Part shown: positions 1-12,253 of the stretch, one piece after another
Layout of the letters: every line of letters starts with the position of its first letter
Numbering within the stretch: position 1 is the first letter of the stretch
Source: Raja brachyura
Lineage: Eukaryota
Length of the DNA stretch: 64,000 nucleotides
Direction of reading: 5' to 3'
Assembly: GCA_963514005.1 (NCBI GenBank)
Contig: OY740781.1
Location: 32,736,001-32,800,000, forward strand
Notes under the pieces: generated by a model
Database searches by the model: none
What the model was told of the DNA's origin: nothing
What the model saw: the letters and a program-made list of their open reading frames with translations, nothing else
Made by a program: the position numbers and the translations under genes

Positions 1-2010
1 AAATACTCATTTTCTACCTTGTCCATCTCCTGTGGCTCCACACAGAGTTGACCGCTTTGATTCCTGAGAGGTCCCACTCGCTCTCTAGTTTCCGTTTTCC
101 CCCTTAAGTATTTATTAAATCTTTTGGGATTGAACCTTAATGCTGCCCATCAGAGCAATCTCCTGGCCCCTTTTGGCCCTTCTGATTTCCTTTTTTAGTT
201 TACTCCTTAGTTCCCAAAATTCCTCCAGGGATGCACTTGATCCCAGCTGCCTATACCTGTCCCAGGCATCCTTCTTGACTAATGTCTCAATTTCTCTCGT
301 CTGCCAAGCTTCCTTACGTTTGCCTGCTTTGCCTGCTCTAACGGGGACATAAACATCCTGAGCTTTCTTCAGTACACTTTTAAAAACATCCCACTTGGCT
401 GATGTTCCTTTCCCCTCAAATAACGGGCTCCAATCAACTTGAGCGAGACTTTCTCTCATACCCTCAGAGTTGGCATTATCCCATTTGAGCATTTTAACAC
501 GTCGACCCTCTCCGTCCCTATCCATAACTATCTTAAACTTAATCGAACTGTGGTCACTTGACCCAAAAGGCTCCTCCACACACACTTCATTAAATTGCTG
601 TTCCCAATTTCCCAATACTAGGTCCAACGTTGCCCTCTCACGTGTGGGGGCCGCCACATACTGCTTAAGAAAACTCTCCTGAACACTTTTGAGGAATTGC
701 ACCCCATCTAAACCCTTCATGCTATGATTTTCCCAGTCTATATTGGGAAAGTAAAAATTCCCTACTACACCAACCTTACTTGACCTGCAGCTGTCTGCAA
801 TCTCCCGATACATTTGTTTTTCTAATTCCCGTTGAAGGAAGTGATCATCCCTTTCTTGTTCCTCAGCTCCATGCATATAGCCTCACGAGATGAACCATCC
901 GTATTGTCACCTCTGAACACAGCTGGGACATCCTCCTTAACCAACAATACAACCCTCCCCCCCCCCCTTTTCCCTCACCCCTGTCTCGCCTGAAGCTCCT
1001 GTACCCCAGAACATTGAGCTGTCAGTCCAGCCCCTCCCTTAACTAAGTTTCAGTCATGGCTACAATGTCCCAGTCGCTCATACCTATCCATGCCCTACGT
1101 TCATCTGCCTTACCCATCAGGCCCCTTGCATTAAAATATGTGCAGTTTAAACCAACCCTTTTTTCTCGCTCTCCGCCTTTCACCTGCCTATTCTGTCCAC
1201 TAACCTTTCCCACACCACCCTCCATACCAACTTCTAGCCTCTCACGTGCCTCTGTCCTGCACGAGATCCCACCCCTCTGCCAATCAAGTTTAAACCCTCC
1301 CGTGTAGCATTGGCAAATCTTCTTGCAAGGATTTTGGTCCCCTCCAGTTTAGGTGCAACCCTTTTATACAGGTCACCCCATCCCAGAAGTGATTCCAATG
1401 ATCCAGAAATCTGAATCCCTGCCCCGTTCACCAACTCCTCAGCCACACATTCATTTCCTCTATCTTCCTATTCTTACCTTCACTAGCACGAGGTACTGGA
1501 AGCAATCCTGAGATCACTTCCCTGCAGGTCCTGCGTTTCAGTCTTCTACCCAATTCCATAAATTCTTGTTGCAGAATCTCCTTCCTCTTCCGACCTATAT
1601 CATTTGTGTCAACCTGCACGACAACCTCCAGCTGCTCCCCCTCACTCTTGAGGATGCCGTGCAGCCACTCCAAGACGTCCGGAACTCTGGCACCAGGGAG
1701 GCAATACACCATCCTGGAGTCTCGCCTGCTCTCCGCAGAATCTCCTATCCGCACCTCTAATGATGGGGTCTCCCACCACTATGGCTCTGCCTGATGTGAC
1801 TCTTCCCCGTTGAGCCTTGGCACCAGGGTTAGAATCACAGCCCTGGCTACCACTCAATCTTATTGTCTAATCCGTTCGCGAGAGGGTGTACCTGTTTTCA
1901 TTTGGTACAGACACCGGGGTCACCTGCACTAGACATTTACTCTTTCTCATAGTCGCCCACCTTGGTTTTTCCTGTATCCTTGGTGTGACAACCTCAATGT
2001 AGGTCCTGTC
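1..2010 (-). mobile_element. Degraded CR1-clade LINE: ORF1 SGNH esterase and ORF2 APE endonuclease
   Basis: ORF1 pieces 1642-1857 (AIVVGDPIIRG) and 1428-1754 (CLPGARV, VDTNDIG). ORF2 start 1043-1225 (YFNARGL, DIVAMTET) and 115-876 (LDLVLGN, GSSDH). Frameshifted and runs off the window start. Confidence 0.9.
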
Positions 2011-2017
2011 CAGGAAG

Positions 2018-2388
2018 CTTTTGTGTATAAAATCATGAGAGGAATAGATCGGGTAGATGCACAGAGTCTTTTGCCCAGCGTAGGTTAATCGAGGACCAGA
2101 GAACATACGTGTAAAGTGAAGGAGAAAAGATAGGAATCTGAGGGCTAACTTTTTCACAGAAAGGGTGGTGGGTGTATGGAACAAGCTGCCAGAGGAGGTC
2201 ATTGAGGTTGGCACTATCCCAACATTTAAGAAACAGTTAGACAAGTACATGGATAGGACAGGTTTGGAGGGATATGGACCAAACATGGGGGGATGGGACT
2301 AGTGTGGCTGGGACATTTTGGCCACTGTGGGCAAGTTGGGTGGAAGGGCCTGTTTCCATGCCATATCTTTCAATTACTCTATGACCAT
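2018..2388 (+). mobile_element. CR1 LINE 3' fragment
   Basis: YKIMRGIDRVD-type ORF2 C-terminus, tggaacaagctgccagaggagg, and a gaagggcctgtttcc 3' tail. Confidence 0.8.
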
Positions 2389-2638
2389 CACAAGAGTTGA
2401 AATGGGTTGAGGAGCTCTCAATGGAGCATTGGATAGAAGAAATATATTTAAGAGAATGACTGTCTTTTCGTGGGGCACGCCGAATCATTTCATCCTGTAA
2501 ATGACCACGTTATTGAGTAAATAGAGAAAGCCATGGAGCTCTGCAACCACGTGATAGAATGTTTTTTAAAATTTTTTATTTTGTACTGTGCGGACAGTTT
2601 AATATGGATAATGCTCTCAATGCTTTCCCCTTGGTTTC

Positions 2639-2671
2639 TTTAACGATCTGCTTCTCTTCTGGTTTTTACAG
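2639..2671 (+). promoter_or_regulatory. 3' splice site of the DCC exon (branch-point-like tttaac, polypyrimidine tract, CAG)
   Basis: tttaacgatctgcttctcttctggtttttacag directly precedes the exon. Confidence 0.8.
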
Positions 2672-2721
2672 TGCCCAGTGCCTCGCCTCAAAATGTCTCG
2701 CTGGAGGTAGCAAATTCACGA
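2672..2721 (+). CDS. DCC: Internal coding exon of netrin receptor DCC (start of FNIII domain 3; probably orthologous to human exon 12)
   Basis: Flanked by ttttacag| and |gtgagt. With a phase-1 start it reads (V)PSASPQNVSLEVANSR. Recalled human DCC is VPSAPPQNVSLEVVNSR and the paralogue NEO1 is VPSAAPQNLSLEVRNSK, so DCC fits better. The 50-nt length agrees with my recollection of human DCC exon 12. Confidence 0.85.
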
Positions 2722-3175
2722 GTGAGTATGGAACCGTATTTTGACACATTCTTTACAACATTAAGCCTCATGAAAAGTGCTCGATTTTGTTTAAAAGCGG
2801 AAATGTAGAAAATCAATCAATCTGTGTGTGTGGAGGGGCTGCAGTGGGAAGTAGAATTCTCCATGTCAATAAATATTTAATTAAATTGGTTAGTATTTTG
2901 ACCCGGAGGTCTTAAGAGTTGACCTTTATTGTAGTTGGAATTGATTACTTTCTTCCTTTTACTTGATTGGTACTTCTGAATAGATATTAATGTTTGTCAA
3001 AGGAGTTTGTGCATTTGGGATATCTTTTCATAAGCAAGTGAATAGCAATTGTGTTGGACAGTAACTGGCTCATAGCTGTAACATCCACATGGTAACATGT
3101 CAAATTTATATATGTTTGGTTAAGCTATTATTTTCCGAAGTACACCACCATACTTACCTTTAAGGACAGTTAGAG

Positions 3176-3475
3176 TCAGAACAGTGGAGCAGCGTTAGAG
3201 TTGCTGCCATTCAGCGCCAGAGCCCCTGATTCGATCCTGTCTATGGATGCTGTCTGTACGGAGTTTGTACGTTCTTCCATATGGATTTTCTCCAGGTTCC
3301 CCGGTTTCCTCCCACACTCCAAAGACGTGCAGGTTCGTAGGTTTGTTGGCTTCTGCACATTGTTCCTACTGTGTAGGATAGAACTAGTGTATGGGTGATC
3401 GTTGGTCAGCATCGAGTACATGAGGGCTGAACGAGCTGTTTCCATGCTGTATCTTTAAACTAAACTAAACTAAAC
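3176..3475 (+). mobile_element. HE1-like tRNA-derived V-SINE
   Basis: tRNA-like head with B-box-like ttcgatcc, central ccggtttcctcccacactccaaagacgt domain, CR1-type tail and (taaac)n end. Confidence 0.85.
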
Positions 3476-4135
3476 AGTAGAAAGGACTGACGTTGATACA
3501 AAACAAAGTAAATGTTCTTGATTACTGAATGTAGCTGGATTTTTAATCAACATTTCTGGCAGATGGCATATCATACTATAAAGAGATGTTGAATTTCTTT
3601 GACGTCCATGAGATTGTTTCAGGGCTGTATTCTGAATTTAATTTTAAATGCAACCTATAAAGCCACATTGGAAAGCAGTGATGCCATTAAATGGCCGCTG
3701 CTGGCTAAAAATACGTCAGCAATCATAAATTTCTGTAATTTGTCTTTCGTGATGCTGCACTAAAAGACAAGTTCCCCACACGAAGAGGATAGAAGTAGAA
3801 GGTAGTTCATTCTGTTATAGAAAATGTGTTCATTATGCAAGATCTGTAACACAGCTAACGTTCCTCTTTTCTCTGATATCTCACTCTCACGTCTCCAACT
3901 CTTCACAGAGAAGCTGTGGGTCGGTTCCCTTCCTTATCGGGACTGCATTTTCATGGTTCTATTGCCTTTTTCCCACTAGGAGTGAGAACTTTAGATCACC
4001 CCCTGATGAATATTTCCAAAAAATAATCCAAATATATTGGCACAATGAAAGGACAACAGATGGGATCCTACTATCATTATTCCGTTGTTATCAAATCTGA
4101 AAATATTTTGAGTTACTCCCAGACTTCATCGTTTA

Positions 4136-4342
4136 AGAAAGAATTGCAGATGCTGGAAAAGTGGAAGGAAGACAAAAATGCTGGAGGAACTCAGCGGGTG
4201 AGGCAGCATCTATGGTGATAAACAATAGGCGATGTTTCGGGTCCAGACTTGTCCGAGGAAGGGTCTTGACCCGAAACATTGCCTAATTTTTATCACCATA
4301 GGTGCTGCCTCACCCGCTGAGTTGCTCCAGCATTTTTATCAA
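4136..4342. mobile_element. Palindromic Penelope terminal-repeat cassette with degenerate hammerhead motif
   Basis: aaaaatgctggaggaactcagcgggtgaggcagcatctatgg is mirrored by ccataggtgctgcctcacccgctgagttgctccagcattttt. The centre has gaagggtcttgacccgaaac. Confidence 0.7.
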
Positions 4343-4502
4343 CTCTAGACTTCATTGCATGAGTTTCTGGCAATTTGTAGAATCCGATCCATGACTTTCT
4401 GGCTGTTCTCAGTCTGTTCTGTGGCGGCATCAGATGGAAATAACATTTCCATTTCTTAGCTTTGAAGCAAGGTTTAAAGAAGGAGAAGCAAGACGCAAGT
4501 GG

Positions 4503-4768
4503 GTGCCAGAGACCCGGGTTTGATCCTGACTACAGATGCTGTCTGTAGAAGTTTGTACGTTCTCCCTGTGACCATGTAGTTTATTACCTGATGCTCCGGT
4601 TTCCTCCCACTCTCGAAAGCCATGCAGGTTTTGTAGGTTAATTGGCTTCTGTAAATTTTCCTTAGTGTGCAGAATAGAACTAGTATAGGAGTGATTGCTG
4701 GTCATCGTGGATTTGGTGGGCTGAAGGGCTTATTTCCACATTGTCTACCTGAACTGATCTAAACTAAG
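4503..4768 (+). mobile_element. HE1-like V-SINE, 5'-truncated
   Basis: Same body and tail as 3176-3475. Confidence 0.8.
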
Positions 4769-5887
4769 CTCTTCTCTATAAAAAATAAAACTGCAGCCAT
4801 GGGGATTTGAAATCAAAATAATACAATGCTGGTCAGAAGGCACTGGGAAAGAGAGAGTTAATGTTTCAACTCAATAACCTTTCATCAGGACTTTCATCAG
4901 AAGCTTTATGCTGATTTTAAACTTCTTCAACTGCAATGCTTGAGGTTTAAGGCAAGCTATTATAATTGGTATGCCAGGAGACCTGAAAGCAAATTATACA
5001 TCCTTTACCTATACAAATTTCTGGATTAAATATACTAATCCTATTTTGATGTACCGTGCTGTATACATGAAGTATGACAGCTTCTTTTATTGGAGAATTT
5101 TTAAACATCAAGTGAGTAAGACCATTTACTTTTGAGATCAGAGAGGCCTGCAATTGGAATTTAATTATTTTAAATGCATTTCAGTTTTAATCTACTGAAG
5201 GCAAAAGATCTCGGAGGTAAAATTTATACTGGAGGGAAGATTAATGTAAAATGATTAATTGAGGCTCCCTTGGAAGAAGTACCCAAGTTCTCTTGCTTGA
5301 GGCTTAAGGCTACACTTGCATGACCATGTGGAGAAAAGGAGACATTGATTAAAATTCCATGGTGCTGGTAAAAAAAAATCAATATAAAGGAAAAACAATC
5401 TACAGTATTTCTCCAATTTATTAACAACACCACAATGAGTGTGAAATAATAAAGAGGGGCCAGCTGAAAGCAAAAATCAATTCGGCAATTCTCCTGGTAG
5501 GAGCAGTGAAACAATATCTTGAGGGAGAGTTGATATATACCGGAAAATAAATAGGAGGAATGCCGTTGTGATGTGTTAAATTCTCTACTAGTATTGAATG
5601 ATTTGGTTACTTGTTTCAGATTTTTTTTACCCTAAATTTCTGCAACTCTGTAGCATCAATTCTTTAATTTCAAGCTTGCCCTCACCTGATTACTTTCTTT
5701 GTGGGATCAAAGGGACCAGGGCCTCTGCACTGACAACAAATTGGTGCTATTGAAGCAATGCAAGTTGGGCATGTGTTGGAAGTCAATATTGAGCTGAAGT
5801 AGTGAAAGTAATACCAGCAGGTCATAAATCATTGGTGCAGCCACACAGGTGTTTAACAAACTTTTGGCACATTTCTGGCAAATGCCA

Positions 5888-6590
5888 GGGTTACTTAAAG
5901 TTAGATAAATCAATATTCATATCACTGAGCTGTAAGCTGCCCAAGCGAAATATGAGATGCTGTTCCTCCAATTTGCGTTTAGCCTCACTCTGACAATGGA
6001 GGAGACCTAGGACAGAAAGGGTTAGTGTGTGAGTGGAAAGGAGAACTAAAGTGTTTAGCAACCGGAAGATCAAGTAGGTTCAGGCGGACTGAGCGAAGGT
6101 GTTCAATGAAACGATCACCCAATCTACGTTTGGTCTCACCGATGCATGAGTCCACATCTTGAACAACGGATACAGTAAATGAGGTTGGAGGAGGTGCAAG
6201 TCAACCTCTGCCTAACCTGAAAGGATTTGGCGAGGGAGGAGGTATAGGGACAGGTGTTGCATCTTCTGCGGTTGCAGGGGAAGGTACCTGGGGAAGGGGT
6301 GGTTTTGGTGGGAAGGAATTAGTCAACCAGGGAGTTGCGGAGGGAACGGTCTCTGCAGAAGGTGGAAAAGGGTGGAGATGGGAAGTATTGGTATCCTGTT
6401 GGAGGGGCCAACATTTGGAGGATTATGTGTTGTATGCGACGGCTGATTGGGGTGAAAGGTAGGGACTAGGGGGACTCTGTCTCTGTCTCTGTTACGACTA
6501 GGAGGAGGGAGAGCAAGGGCAGGGCTGCGGGGTACTGAGGTGACACGAGTGAGGGCCTCATGTATGATGGAAGAGGGGAACCCCCGTTCA
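5888..6590 (-). mobile_element. Penelope-like element fragment (GIY-YIG endonuclease region)
   Basis: The minus strand reads IGETKRRLGDRF (~6110-6146) and LSVLGLLHCQSEAKRKLEEQHLIFRLGSLQ (ORF 5891-6073). Confidence 0.85.
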
Positions 6591-7683
6591 TATCAGGGAA
6601 TCTGATCGCAGAATTTGTGTCAGATCACAAGCCCCCATTCATTTGAAATCAGATAATAGTATGTAGCATTGCAGGTCCTTGACAGTTTGACACACGACAA
6701 AGTGGGAGGTGAAATTTCACCCTGTGTCAAGTACAGGTGTCAGAGGTTATGGGGAGAAGGCAGCAGAATGGGGTCAGGAGGGAGAGATAGATCAGCCAAG
6801 ATTGGCCTAAATCTACTCCTATCACTTATGACCTCACTGCTCAGTTTCATGGCCATCCTTGCCGGCAAGATCCAGGTGAGATATGTTGGGAGCCAGCGGG
6901 AACAATGAGAATCAATATAAACTTTGGAAAAAAAACAGACCATGCATTCTTCAAACAAATTATGCTTTTGTTGTCTTGTATCTGCACTTGACGTGGCGTG
7001 GAAGTGTGTATGTAGAAGTGTGCTTCTCAATTCTTGTTTATCTATTAATATTATAATTTCACTTCGAAAGTGTCATTGTTCACCAGGGTCCTCATTATAG
7101 CAACATCTTACAACAGATTTGTGCATAAACCATTTTTTAAGATGATCTCACAGATACAAATCTGACTGGGGAGATTCTTGTAGATTACTAAGTACATTTA
7201 AAAAAATGGTACTTCAATATGTCCCGTATTTTGTGTTTGTGTTGCGTTTATTTCAATGTTCATCCCTACTTTCACCATAAAATAGCTGGTAATGTGAACC
7301 GAAGCCTGCAAAACAGTTTGGCTGCGAGCAACGTAGCAGGAGATCCAATGTATATATAGATAATGCCACACAGTAGAAATTCTTAGATGAGACATGCTCG
7401 TTGTTTGTGTTTCCTGGAGCATTCTTTCATAAATATCCCAAACAAATGCGGAGCAGAAATAGTGAATGCTGGAAGCACTCAGCAGGTTATTTGACATCTG
7501 TCAAGAGAATAGTTGAGTCAATCTTTCATGTGTTAATTCATTGCAAACAGTGTAATGTGGCTTTTTAGTGGAGATCTCACAGTAGGTTTATTGTGAACAT
7601 TGCACAGGAAAGCAAACTATTTGCAGGCTGCAAGAAAATACAACTACAAATGCAATGAATAAAAGGCTCTGAAATAATCTGTA

Positions 7684-7845
7684 GGTAGATAAAAATGCTG
7701 GAGAAACTCAGTGGGTGAGGCAGCATCTATGGAGCGAAGGAATAGGTGACGTTTTGGGTCGAGACCCTTCTTCAGACTCAATATGGAGCGAAGGAATAGG
7801 TGACGTTTTGGGTCAAGACCCTTCTTCAGACTCAATCTTCAGACT
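7684..7845 (-). mobile_element. Penelope terminal repeat with a 54-bp tandem duplication carrying two hammerhead-like motifs
   Basis: 7728-7781 is repeated at 7782-7835. The minus strand reads ctgaagaagggtct(c/t)gacccaaaacgtc twice, with core GAAA changed to AAAA. Confidence 0.75.
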
Positions 7846-8715
7846 TAATTCTTCAGAAATAATCTGTGCTCAGTATGTGAAGAGTTGTTCCATCTCACGT
7901 TGACCAAATGCTTTTGCTGCTAATGATCTGGAGGAAGCTGTGTTATCAGAAAAATCACAAGCTTTCAAAAGATGCTCAGAGTCCATGACATCATGGTCCA
8001 CATTTTGTAGCTGGCATTGACATGATGCCATTTACCATTAACCTTGAAGAAAGCACATCACAAAGATTATTTTGTTCATTTTTGGGATATTACCATCAAG
8101 GCAATCATTTATCATCCATCCCTAAATTTCTTGAAGGCGGAGGGTCACATTCTCAAACCACTGCAGACTTCTTGTGAAAGTCCTTCACATGGGGTAAGAT
8201 TCAGGACCAGAACCTACAGAGGGCCACCAATACCCCTCCAGATCGAATGGTAAGCACCATGGAGAGTAAATGCAGAAGATCTGTGGGTATTTTGTATGCA
8301 TTGACCCCTATTAGCCTTCCAAATTACTCAAAGCAAAGGCATGGATCCAAACAACGTGGATTTTAGTGTTTACTGGGCTGTTAATTTGCAGCCAGCCTGT
8401 CAACTGGCACAAGTTTCAGTCTGGAGTCAGCTACACAGCATCTGCTGCATCCAGGAACAATTAAGTCCTCAACCCTACAAAGCAGCCAAATGAAGAATTC
8501 TTGCATGCAGCAACCCAAAAAAAAACCATTCAAATTTGCATTGAACCATCGTTGATTGACCTGTAGGGCCTTTTTGTAAAATTTCCCAATCCTTTGCAGC
8601 TGTGATAATGGAATCTTTCTTGCACTTTCAAGCCTCTCTGTTGGCCATGCATTAATATGGAAAAATAACATTGGGAAGCTGAAAATAGGAATATAATCAT
8701 GCCCCAAACCACTAT

Positions 8716-9024
8716 GGCGGCACGGTGGCGCAGCGGTAGAGTTGCTGCCTTACAGCGCTTACAGCGCCGGAGGCCCGGGTTTGACCCTGACTACGGGTGC
8801 TGTCTGTGTGGAGATTGTACGTTCTCCCCGTGACCTGCATGGGTTTCCTCCGAGATCTGCGGTTTCCTCCCACACTGCAAAGACGTACAGATTTGTAGGT
8901 AAATTTTCTTGGTGTATGTAAAAATTGTCCATAGTGTGTATCGAAGTGCTAATATGCGAGAATCGCTTGTCGGCGCGGACCTGTTTCTGCGCTGTATCAC
9001 TAAAACTAAAAACTAAAACTAAAC
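8716..9024 (+). mobile_element. HE1-like V-SINE, near full length
   Basis: ggcggcacggtggcgcagcggtagagttgctgcc head (A-box-like), gggtttgaccc B-box-like motif, V domain and (taaaac)n tail. Confidence 0.9.
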
Positions 9025-9600
9025 TGGCTGGTGTGCAAAGGTGTGGAGGGAGGGTGAGGATTGTTCATAATGCTATTGATATAGTTGGCTCCATGGTGTG
9101 TGGTTATTGGTTTGCTAATTTATCTTTGTTTTCAACTGATATCAGGGCAGGTGTTTGGAAGTGAATTCTTTGATGGTGATGAGACCTAGCACATTGCATT
9201 GATAGTTTCTTTTGTCATTATCCTTCTGACGGCGCAGCAGCACCAACTCATTGAATCTGTTGATTAAGGCTTATTGATTTCCTCCTGGATCCAAAAACTA
9301 TTTATCCTGCAAGAACAACAAAAAATGTTGTCGCTGGAAATTCTCAGCAGGTTAGGCAGCTTCTCCGCAGAGGGGGAATAAAGCTAATGTTCCAGGCTGG
9401 TGGCATTTTGTCAGAATTTTTGTCAGAATTTAATTTGGCGAAAGTTCGAAAGTATTTATTCCATGGTCATTTACACCAACTACAAGCAGCTCAGTGTGAT
9501 ATTGCAATTTGATGTGTCAACATTCTGATCATTGCCATACAAACTATTCAAGGCAATGGCAGGGATCCCATTACATGGATTTTATTGGTTGCTGTAATGT

Positions 9601-10633
9601 AGGTATGTTACAAAACGTACCTTTAGCGGCGTTGCAGTTCTGCCACTGCCCGTGTGCGCGACTTTGGCGCCTTTGAGAGGGGGGCGAGTTTAAAATGCAA
9701 TTTTTCTTCAGACTATTCAAATCAGTTTTGGACAGGCTTTTTAGTTGCTGAAGAAAAATCGTTTCGACTGCCGTTTTATTAAGTTTATTAAAATTAGCGC
9801 TGGAAAAATTAAAAGCAGGAGTAAATTAAAAATCATCTTCTAATGCTGTCAACGCCAACAACGGGACGGATCTTACGTAGGGGACAACAGAAGGTACACA
9901 GTTTATTTTTACATAAAAACGTGCTTCTTAGGAAGCCTTTAATCAAAATTGCATGTTGCAAAAAGGTGACTTAAAAAATATACAAACTGACAATATTTTT
10001 CCTGCCGATATGGGGGTTAAGTTCACCACAAACCGCAACGTTCCAATCCATCGCGTTCCACAAAATCCCACTGGCAAGTTGATTTAAATGGCCATTAATT
10101 TACGGGAATTAAACACTAAATTCCTTCAATTTGGCCTATAAATTCATGACAATGAGATATAAAAATCATGTTATTTTGTGAATTCCTGTGTGAATGTTAT
10201 TTGGACACTTAGGCTTTTTAAAAATGTTAACCTTTTCTTAAGAAATGGATAGATGTTTAGATCTAGTAATTGAATTTTGTAATTAGCTACAATTAGGTAA
10301 CTAACTAATTATATGCTTTAATTTCAGGTCATCCAAGTAAGATTGTTTCATATTTGTTTTAGAATGCTTCAATCTATAATAACTGAAAATTTCATTCAGT
10401 TCTCTTAATGTTTAAGAAAGCTATGGGCTTTTGACTGTACTTGATCACAGCTTTTGTGTTAAGTCAATGAAGAAACAAGATGCTAATTTCTGAGTATGAA
10501 AATGGCCACGACTTTTTTAATACTGAAGATATGAAAGTGAATTAGGCGTCAAATTAAACTTCCTTTTTCTGCTTTATCTGATGGGATAAATTGCAGACTT
10601 GATTTTTTAAATCTAAAAATTTGTAACATTGCT
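9601..10633. mobile_element. Non-autonomous TIR DNA transposon of unclear superfamily
   Basis: Termini aggtatgttacaaa and tttgtaacattgct form imperfect inverted repeats, flanked by ATGT at 9597-9600 and 10634-10637. No ORF. Confidence 0.6.
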
Positions 10634-11321
10634 ATGTGATGCTAATTTACAACTGGCATGGTCATGATGGGCTAAATGGCCTGCATTGTTGTACATTTCC
10701 CCTGAATTTCATGATTATATTTGCCATGCTGTGTGCCCATGTCACAGTGCCAGTAGTGCCAGTGGGCTACATGACCCACTACATGACCTTTGTTCCCCCT
10801 CCCCCCCATACCTTACCATAATAAGAGCTTTCCCTGTTCTTTTTCTTCTGCAATGTCAAACGAACCACATGTAAGCAGTAAAACATTTATGACTTACTGC
10901 AACTCCTCAAAACCGATTGTTCTCTCACAGCCCAGTGAGTCTCTGGAATTCATTGCCCCTGAGGACTGTGGAGGCCTAATGATTAGATATATTTAAGGAG
11001 TTAGATAGATAAATATTTGATAGATCAAAGAATTAAAGTTTATCGGGGACTGGGTCAGGAGTTGGGTACAGCATAATTCACCCATGATCATATAGAAAGG
11101 TGAGGCAGGTTTGAGGAGCTGAATAAGCTGTTCCTGCTCCAATTTACTTCTCTTCTTCTTTCCCTGAGTTATTTTCAGCAAAATTCACCATCCCCTCGCG
11201 AATCTAAATTGTTCATTTGGTCCATTTTCAGATCCATTTTTTTTTGGCATTAGTATTGTGGTTATTCATTTATTTAAATGTTTTAGTATATTATTACAAT
11301 GTAGTTCCCAGGGCTGCATGC

Positions 11322-12247
11322 GGAATGCTGGGAACTATAGGCCAGTGAGCTTAACATCTGTAGTTGGAAAGTTACTAGGGAGTATTCTGAGGGATAGGAT
11401 ATACAAGCATTAGATGGACAGGAGCTGATTAGGGATAGTCAGCATAGTTTTGTATGTGCGAGGTTATGCCTCACAAAACTGGTTGAGTTTTTTAAAGACC
11501 AAAAAGGTTGATAATGCCAAAGCTGTAGGTGTATATATGGACTACAGCAAAGCATTCAACAAGTTTCCGAATGGAAGGCTACTCTGGAAGGCTAAATCGC
11601 ATGGGTTCCAAGGATATGGGTAGAAAATTGGCTTCATGGAAAGAAGCCGAGGGTGATGGTGGAAGGTTGCTTCTCAGACTGGAGGCCTGTGACTAATGGT
11701 GTGCTTCAGGTTTCAGTGCTGGGCCCATTACAGTTTGCCATCTATATGAATGATTTGGATGAGAACATGCATGGCAAGATTGCAGATGATACAAAAGTGG
11801 ATGATTTTGCAGATAGTGAAAAAGGTCATGAAAAATTGCAGCAGGATCTTTGGCCAGGCAGGCTGAGGAATGGTTGATGGAATTTAATGCAGAGAACAGT
11901 GAGATGTTGCATTGTGATAAGTTTAACAAGGGCAGGAATGGTAGGATTCTGGGGAGTGTTGTGGTGTAGAGGGATCTAGGAGTGCAGTTGCATTGTTCCT
12001 TGAAGGTGGAGTCGCAGGTACAGTAGATAAGGTGGTCAACAAGATTTTTGACACATTGACCTTCATCATTCAGAGTATTGAGTATAGAAGTTGGGAGGTC
12101 ATATTGCATGTGTATTGGGAGGTCATGTTGCAGGAGGGATATTGATCAAACACGGGCAGGTGGGACAAGTGTAGCTGGAATATGTCGGCCAGTGTAGGCA
12201 AGTTGGGCCGACAGGCCTGTTTCCACACTGTATCACTCTATGACTAT
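11322..12247 (+). mobile_element. Old degraded CR1 RT and 3' fragment
   Basis: NYRPVSLTS-like start, ORF 11653-11877 (WRPVTNGVLQVSVLGP, IADDTK) and a CR1 tail. Confidence 0.85.
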
Positions 12248-12253
12248 GTTATA

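Noticed and set aside
8716-8795. tRNA gene
   Set aside because: The tRNA-like sequence continues into a V-domain and CR1-type tail and recurs at seven loci, so it is a SINE head.
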